Shown here piece by piece: positions 55,121 to 64,000 of a DNA stretch of 64,000 bases. The DNA is from Eledone cirrhosa (taxonomy: Eukaryota). Under the pieces are notes generated by a model. It ran no database searches, was not told where the DNA came from, and was given only the letters and a program-made list of their open reading frames with translations. Each line of letters begins with the position of its first letter. The stretch's first letter is position 1. Location: the NCBI GenBank assembly GCA_964016885.1, contig OZ024764.1, forward strand, positions 6,572,001 to 6,636,000, written 5' to 3'. Both the position numbers and the translations under genes were made by a program.

Positions 55121-56579
55121 TTAATGTGACTAGATGGTTTCCTTCTGTGGCCACATTACCACATTAACCCACAGCTAGGCCTCTTTGCTTTCATGTAATT
55201 TTTTTTGTGGGGTGGGAAGCGGAACGGACCCCTTTCAAATCTTTCTCTCTCTCGCCCACCATCTCTGCTGGTCGGGGGTCCCACTAGACCTCAACTTTAT
55301 GAATAAGATGACCCTGGAAGGGGACATGGTGAGAGTTAGAGGTGGTGGGGTTCTGCTTAATGTTTTCGTTTTTTCTTCTTTTGTTGTTGTTGTTGCTGTT
55401 GTTGTTGTTGTTGTTAAGCTTGTTGTATCTGCTGCGATTGACAATCATACTTTTTCTAGAACATTCTACAAACTTTTAAACTTTACTCAGTCCTTCCATT
55501 GCCATGGCAACAAGCAACAAAAAAAAAAATTACTAAAAAAAAAAAAGAAACCCCTCCATGTTTGTCTCTCGTTTGTTTTTGTATTGTTTTGTTGTTTTTT
55601 TTGGAGAGGTGGGGGGGAACGCTTACTCCACCCCACCCTCATCAAGTCCGCGTTGTCCGGGGTGGGGGTTGTTCATCACTCCTACTCCGGCCTCATAAAT
55701 TCTCATCAGCGAGGGTTATCTGCTCCTTAGCCCTCGTCTCTCCGTTATCTGCGACGGTCGTCTCAAACCCCCCCTAAGACCTCGTTCCCGACCCTTTCTC
55801 TTGTTTTTTGGCAACCCCTTGCCCCACCCCCACCCTTTGTGTTTTCAACGTTCTGTGGTGGAGGGAGTGAGAAAAGGACAGTCGGGCGCTGTGCAATTCC
55901 TGCCTCACCACCCTCTTCTTCCATCCAATGCTGCTGTGTCGGGGGTTGATCAGTGTCAGGTCTTCAGTTCAAAGCCCCGCTCCATCGTCGTCGTCAAATT
56001 TTCCTTTTATCCTTCAAGGGTCGGTCGATCTAGTCCCCGCCTTCCCCTCGACTCTGGTAAAAAAAAAAAAAATGGTGGCATTTCTAACGAATTTAGGGAC
56101 CATTATGAAGGAATTGAGGTGAGTGTGGGGGGGTTGGGGGTTGGGAGAATTGGTAGAGCATCTAATAACATGCTCTGTAGCATTTACTCATGGCCCTTTA
56201 TGTTCTGAGTTCAAATCCCACCGAGTTTAGCTTTGCCTCTCATTCTCATGTGATCAATAAAATAAAGTACCAGTAATGTACTGGGTTGATATATTTGAGT
56301 CCCCCCCCCCCCACACACACACACCAAAAAGAAGTGCTGGCCTTGTGCCTAAATCAGAAAGCATTGTCATTAGGGCTGTACACTGTAGTCAAACTTCCAT
56401 TCTATATATAGGAAAGGCATGAAGGTTTCCACATCACACCTTCATACTCATCTGTCAGTTTACACTTTGCTGGTAACCATATATATATATGTATGTATGT
56501 ATGTACATATATATATATGTGTCTGTGTGTGTGTATATATATATATATGTGTGTGTATGTATGTACATATATATATGTG

Positions 56580-56632
<53 letters not shown>

Positions 56633-57354
56633 ATATATATGTATATATTTATATATATATATATATGTGTATGTATGTATGCATATATATATGTGTATGT
56701 ATGTATATATATGTGTATGTATGTATATATATGTGTATGTATGTATGTATATATATATATATGTGTATGTATGTATGTATATATATATGTGTATGTATGT
56801 ATGTATGTATATATATGTGTGTGTATGTATGTATGTATGTACATATATATGTCTGTGTGTGTGTATATATATATGTGTGTGTGTGTGTGTATATGTATGT
56901 ATATATATATATGTGTGTATGTATGTATGTATATATATATATATATGTGTATGTATGTATATATATATATGTGTATGTATGTATATATATATATGTGTAT
57001 GTATATATATATATATGTGTATGTATATATTATGTATGTATATATATATATATATGTATGTATGTATATATATATGTGTATGTATGTATGTATATATATA
57101 TATGTGTATGTATGTATGTATATATATATGTGTATGTATGTATATATATATGTGTATGTATATATGTATATATATGTATGTATGTATATATATATGTGTA
57201 TGTATATATGTATATATATGTATGTATGTATATGTGTGTATGAAGAGATTGTTAAAATAATCTCTGGTATCAATGTAATGGACGTTGCCCCAGAATGGCC
57301 ACAGTCTTTTGCAGGAAAGCAGTAAAAGAATAAGCTTATATTGTATATATATAC

Positions 57355-57428
<74 letters not shown>

Positions 57429-57454
57429 ACACACACACACACACATATATATAT

Positions 57455-57509
<55 letters not shown>

Positions 57510-58943
57510 TATATATATACACGCACACACACACATATATATATATACATATACACACACACTATTACTGTGTATTCCATATATGGACTACAGTGATTGT
57601 TTGTTTACATTATTATTATTACTATTATAGGGCGGTCAATTGGCAGAATCGGTAGAGCGTTGGATGCCCTGCTTCGCGACAGAGAGTTACGGCCCTTTAC
57701 GTTCCGATTTCGAATCCTGCCGAGGTTAGCTTTGCCTTTCATCCTTACAGGGTCTATAAAATAAAGTACCAGTCACACACTGGTGTCGATTTAATCAACT
57801 TTCCCCTTCCCCAAAATTGCTGGCCTTGTGCCTATATCAGAAGCCATTATTATTATTACCATATAAGGGCGGTGGATTGGCAGTATCGGTAAAGGGTCGG
57901 ACGCCATGCTTTCCAGCATAGAGTTACGTCCCTTTACGATCTGAGTTCAAATCCCGCCGAGGTTGACTTTGCCTTTCATCCTTACGGGGTTGATAAAATA
58001 AAGTACCAGTAATGCACTGGGGTAATTGCTGGCCTTGTGTCTAACGTAGAAACAATTATTAATACCATGTATGTTTGTATGTGTTCTTTTCATCAAATCT
58101 TGCCATTTAAGATTCTAAAAAAATACAATTTCCTTTTTTTCCTCTCTCTCTCTCTTTTTCTTGAAATAACTGATTTACTTTAAAAAAACCACACAATTGT
58201 GTGGTGATGGGGGGTGGGGGACTTCCCTACCCCCCACACATAAATATGAAGAATTCCTTTGCGAAGGATTTTATTTATGAATTTTTTTTTTTTTCTTTTG
58301 CTAATTGAATATTTTAATCGGTTAAAAAAAAGATTTTTTTTTTTTCTAATTGAAAAGAAAATAATTTAAATTTAAATTTAAATCAAAAATTGGAAATGAC
58401 ACAAAAAAAAAAATAATAAAATTGGAATATGGAAATAAATTGAAATATTTTTTCTAGGGAGTTGGGAGGTGAAGAGAGAGAGGGGAGGGGGTTAAAATAT
58501 AGGTTGGTTTTAAATAAATTGTATATAAATATATATATATATATGTGTGTATGTGTGTATATATATATGTCTATATATATGTCTCTCTCTCTATATATAT
58601 ATATAGAATTTCTCTAAGTAACTAAATATAACTTTGTTTAAAGAAAACTCCTTATGAATCCACCCATACCCTTCCCTGCTGACATACACAAAAATCAACT
58701 AAATATAAGCAGTTCTTTTTAGTATAAATGTTTGTTTGTACATATATATATATAGATATATATAGATTTCCAATTCTATATACCAAATACAATGTTTTAA
58801 GTATACTACAAATACCTTCTCTATAGATATATATATTAGTATATAATCGGCAGAGTTCTGACCTGGGGCAGAGATGGGCTCTGACAGGTTTTAAAATGCT
58901 GTATGTCAATATGACAGCCTCGGAAGTTACAGATCCATATATA

Positions 58944-59492
58944 CAGGAGTTGGACAAAATAATGGAAACACCTAGCATCATAGCATCATAATTTTGAAAT
59001 ATCTATAAAACCGTCAAAAGCTTGTTTATTTTTATTGTTCTCGAGGTGGTCATTAAGCTCTGCAGTAATTTTGGGAGCTGTACTTTTGTGATCCTTTCTA
59101 ACAATTCGCGTAAGAGTCCGACGGCCCCTATCTGAAAGTTTTGGTTTTCTTCCAGTGTTTTGTTTCGACGAGGTTTTTTTTCCCTTTTCTCAAAGGCTGT
59201 CATTACTTTTGAGACAGTACTTCTTGATACACTAAACATTTCGGTTGTTTTCATTACACTAGCGCCTGCCATACGAGCACCAACAATTTGACCCCCTTGA
59301 AAGTCCGATAGATCTGTCATTTTAATGAATTTTAATTACCTTTTACTGAAGAGAAACAGCAATTTTAACAAAACATATTAAGCAACACTAATAATAAATC
59401 AAAAAACATAAAAATAAACAAGCTTTTGACAGTTTTATAGACATTTCAAAATTATGATGCTAGGTGTTTCCATTATTTTCTCCAACGACCAG
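58944..59492 (-). mobile_element. Internally deleted Tc1/mariner element with an N-terminal transposase remnant
   Basis: TIRs of about 85 bp (caggagttggacaaaataatggaaacacctagcatcat...) with TA flanks. The - strand ORF MTDLSDFQGGQIVGARMAGASVMKTTEMFSVSRSTVSKV is a Tc1 helix-turn-helix region. No DDE domain is present. Confidence 0.88.
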
Positions 59493-59867
59493 TATATATA
59501 TATTTATATATGTTAAACAATGAAAGTGCAACAAAGTCAAAGATAGGTTTATAAATAGTTTGTTGTTTTTACGATCGTTTCAGAGGGTTGATTGATCATG
59601 GTAGATCAATATATTGACCAATAGATGTTGGTTATGTCACCACCTATGTCTAGTCTTGATATCCTTGATCCATCTCACCGTCTACCTCAGAAACAATATA
59701 CCAGTTTATATATATATGTGTATATACTGAAACATCTGTTTCAACTACCAGTGTACATACAACATTGAAATATGTTTACTCTACATCTTCAAATCTTTAT
59801 ATATATCTCTTTTTTTTTTTTTCTTTCTCTTTAATAAGTATTGTCTTTTTTTTTCTGTGCTTGCTTT

Positions 59868-59944
<77 letters not shown>

Positions 59945-60107
59945 ATGTATATATGTGTGTGTTTTTATGTCTTTTCTTCAAGAATATTTTAAACTATTGC
60001 CTACTATATGTGTATGTATATATATACACAAATATATATATATACATATATATACACACATATATATGTATATATATATATACATATATACATATATATA
60101 TATATAT

Positions 60108-60177
<70 letters not shown>

Positions 60178-60426
60178 ATATATATATATAAAGCCAAGCC
60201 AACCGTTTGTTATTTTCTCCTTTCCACCCAGAAACAACCTTTGCTAAAGTCCACCCATCAAAACACCCGTCTTTTCTCTTAAAACGACACGTTTTTTCCA
60301 AGGGAGATAACTACGATAACCTCGCTCGTTCGGGATTATCGCCCCTTTCCATCGCTGTTTTGTTAATTCAAATCTCAGACAATCTCATTTTTTTTTCTCT
60401 TTTTATTTACCATTGTTACTGTTTTT

Positions 60427-60482
<56 letters not shown>

Positions 60483-60734
60483 ATCGTTTAGAGTTTTATC
60501 TCTGCTATGATAATATTCGTTTTATATTGAGCTAATACCAGTAACGTACTGGGTCGATTTAATCTACTTTCCCTCTTCCCCAAAATTGTTGGCCTTTGGC
60601 CTAAATCAGAAACTATATTGGGTCAATCTCACATGTCTGCGTTCTGGGTTCAGTCCAGTGTGTGTTAGATCATGTTAGACAAAATAATGACCAGACTTGG
60701 GGCAAAGAAAGCAAGTACTGTTTTCAATATGAAT

Positions 60735-61210
60735 CACTAAATTCCTTCAATGCACCAGCATGGCCATAGTCTAAAAACTGAAACCAATGAAAGAATAAGC
60801 TCTGGGATTGATATGATTGACTAAATCTCGGCAGTGCCCCAGCATAACCGTGGCTTAAGGATTGAAATCTGTAAAAGAATAAGTACTGGGGTTGATATAA
60901 TTGACTAAACTAAGGTAGTGCCCCAGCATGGCCACAGTCTAATGACTGAAACCAGTAAAGGAATAAGTACTAGGGTTGATATAATTGACTAAACTAATGT
61001 AGTGCCCCAGCATGGCCACAGTCTGGTGACTGAAACCAGTAAAGGAATAAGTACTGGTGTTGATATAATTGACTAAACTAAGGTAGTGCCCCAGAATGGC
61101 CTCAGTCTGGTGACTGAAACCAGTAAAGGAATAAGTACTGGTGTTGATATAATTGACTAAACTAAGGAAGTGCCCCAGAATGGCCTCAGTCTGGTGTCTG
61201 AAACCAGTGA
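60735..61210 (+). repeat. About 84-bp tandem repeat (about 5.5 copies) of a SINE-like 3' end
   Basis: gaataagtac at 60961 and 65 onward at 61045 and 61129; unit includes gtgccccagcatggccacagtct...actgaaaccagtaaag. Confidence 0.85.
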
Positions 61211-61580
61211 AATATAGAGACTAGTGCTAAAACATATTCTTTGGAACCAGAGTTCTTCAATGAAATCTTTTAAAATCTCTGACCTAATCTCATCTGGTTT
61301 TCATTTTTGCCTTAAATTCAGTCATTTTTTTATAGATTGTTGAAGGGTTTTCAGAGTAGAAGTGTCAGCCGCTTTCACGGGGCTTCTTACAAGAAGTCAC
61401 CACCTCACCTGTATGAATCTCTATTCCATCTTATTCTCATGTTTCCATCTTCCTGTTGACTCCTTCCTCGTCATATTCCTCATGAAATAAACTATTTGAA
61501 GGGATTTACCAAAAATAATTTGATTCTTAGAATGCTGTTTCTACTGAACCAAAGATACTTATGTCAAAATTATACATTAA

Positions 61581-61780
61581 CCCTTTACCATTTATATTAC
61601 TCTATATATACTATTATATTTTCACAGTAAAGGCTTTATCTCACATAATATCGAATCTATGAAACTCTGATATTATTTACTTTGAGGACAATACCTTAAC
61701 ATCAGTATGAGTGGCTGGTTATGGCCGGTTTGAACAGAAGAGAATTCTGGTCGGATATGGCTGGTTTAAATGCTAAAGGA
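61581..61780. mobile_element. piggyBac-like MITE (family 1)
   Basis: ttaa-CCCTTTACCATTT...AAATGCTAAAGGA-ttaa. Confidence 0.8.
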
Positions 61781-63136
61781 TTAAACAAGAAGTATTTTAG
61801 GGTCAATTTCCCATTCAAACTTGCAGGCCTGCTGACAGGCTTCACATTATACATTTGGACCCTTTTTTGAAGTAATCTCGTACAGCCAAAGGTCCTTTCC
61901 TGGCAACAACCCTTTTAGTTACTTCTTGCAACATGCACAGATACATTGTAACAATTCTAGACTGGACACATAAGTCTTTGGTTCAATTACTTAGGAATAT
62001 TTTAATTGAATGAACTAACCCTTTAAAATTAGGTGGTTAGGGGCTGTGTTGGATGTGGAGTGAGATGGTATCAAATTAGTTAATGTCCTTTGATGAGAAA
62101 ATTTTTGTGTTTGCTTCTCTTGATCAGGTCTAAACAGCAGCTAAGATGCAGCCTACAATCTTGGGTTGAAAGGAAAAGACATTGTATAATAAGGATAATA
62201 TTTGTGATCCCAGTGGACGAGATTGGTCATAACTGGACTCTCGTTGATCATAGGTCTGGCTGTCTGTCTGTCCAATTTGAGTTAGGGTTCTCAGTGACAA
62301 CTTTGCATAGTTTTTTTTTTTTTTTTCTTATTCTTCTTCTTCCATGCTTGGTACAATATAAAGTAGATACCATCCACCCAACACCAACTATCGAGGCCCT
62401 GTCTTATTGGGAGAGAGGTTATTCATTGTCTGAGGTACAACAATGGCTCAAATGTTCCCCGGATACCCAACATCAAAGCCTACCAGGATTCAACTCTCAT
62501 GTCTGTCTTTTCCCCTTTATCTTTATCTATATATCTATATCTCCCTCTCTCTATATATATATGTATATATATCCCACTCTTTCTTTATAAATGCATCTAT
62601 ATGAAAAGAGTCAGGACCCCGACAGCTGAGCTCCGGCCATTTCGATAGCTAGGTGTTCGAACCTAGCTGTCGAAACTGCCAGAGCTCAGCCATCGGGGTC
62701 ATAATATTTCCTGTTACCCACTCTACTACCCATAGTATTGAGTACTCTGGTGGGTTATGGTCCATCTGGTATCTTACCCCACCCTCTTTGTTCTATATAT
62801 GTATATATATATATAAATAAATCTCCCACTCTCTTTAAATCCCTCTCGTTATAGATATATATATATATCTTTATATTTATATATATATATATCCTCTCCC
62901 CCTCTCTCTCTCTCTCCTCTCACTCACTCTCTCTCTCCCTCTCTCCTCTCTCTCTCTCTCTCCTCATATATATATATATATATATATATACTGTTTCTAC
63001 CTTCTTTCATCTGTATCTTCCCCCTCTCTCTCTCCTCTCTCTCTCCCTCTCTCATCTCTCTCCCCTCTCTCTCCTCCCTCTCTCTCTCTCTCCTCTCTCT
63101 CTCTCTCCCTCTCTCCTCTCTCTCTCCCTCTCTCTC

Positions 63137-63168
<32 letters not shown>

Positions 63169-63627
63169 CTGTTTCTACCTTCTTTCATCTGTATCTCCCC
63201 CCCCCTCTCCCTTCTCCCCCTTCTTCCCCCCCCCTCTCCCTTCTCCCCCTTCTTCCCCCCCTCTCTCCCTTCTCCCCCTTCTTCCCCCCCTCTCTCTCTC
63301 CCTCTCTCTCTCTCCCTCTCTCTCTCTCCCTCTCTCTCTGTAAAACCCAATCAAATATAACTCTCCCCACCTTTATAAAACCTATCACTTTATTACAAAC
63401 CTATATTACTATGACTACATACCCGGTTATCCCCTGCCCTACCCCAATAATGGCCTTAAGGAAGGCAGAAATGTCACCCGTTCTAGACCTTAGTCTCTGG
63501 CCATACGTGAGGACACCTATAACATGTATTTTTGGAAAAAAATATTTTAACAATTACATCAATCTCTCTCTCTGTATGTATGTATATATATATATATATC
63601 ATATATATATATATCATATATATATAT

Positions 63628-63668
<41 letters not shown>

Positions 63669-64000
63669 TATATATATATCATATATATATATATATATTT
63701 ATATATCATATATATATATATATATATAATATATATATATATTTATATATCATATATATATATATATATATTTATATATCATATATATATATATATCATA
63801 TATATATATATTTATATATCATATATATATATAATATACAACAATCTTGGTGCTGTGAAGTTGGTGCATTCATTGCTGTCTACTGATGCATTTTTTATTT
63901 TTTTTGTCATAACCTTGCCACTCCAGTTTATGGAGACCCCCCCCCCTCTCTCTCTCTCTCTCCAGAAGTATATATGTGTGTATATATATATATATATATC

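Noticed and set aside
59003-59320. Functional transposase gene
   Set aside because: Only the N-terminal helix-turn-helix region remains, and the frame runs into the TIR.

Overview
This is AT-rich eukaryotic DNA, dense in microsatellites, and almost certainly from an octopod cephalopod, judged from its abundant octopus-type tRNA-SINEs. The only solid protein-coding sequence is the terminal homeodomain exon of a cut/CUX gene (+, 26585-27645). No CUT-domain exon is visible, so the upstream 26 kb is most likely its last intron or introns. That region contains two candidate in-frame cassette exons: one of 66 nt, and a 9-nt microexon preceded by a (UGC)n tract. The rest is repeats: SINEs, piggyBac/hAT/Tc1/Helitron-like non-autonomous elements, RTE and R4/Dong-like LINE remnants, and many minisatellites amplified from internal pieces of those elements. 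The most striking unannotated signal is about 15 minimal type-I hammerhead ribozyme (HHR) motifs from roughly 10 unrelated sequence families. Most sit inside 100-500 bp fold-back elements embedded in (TA)n tracts, a Penelope-like pseudo-LTR architecture. They include compensated U3:A8 core variants and a recurrent U4A variant. Nearly all ORFs in the supplied track are translations of repeats. All alignments and folds were done by eye and none was computed.
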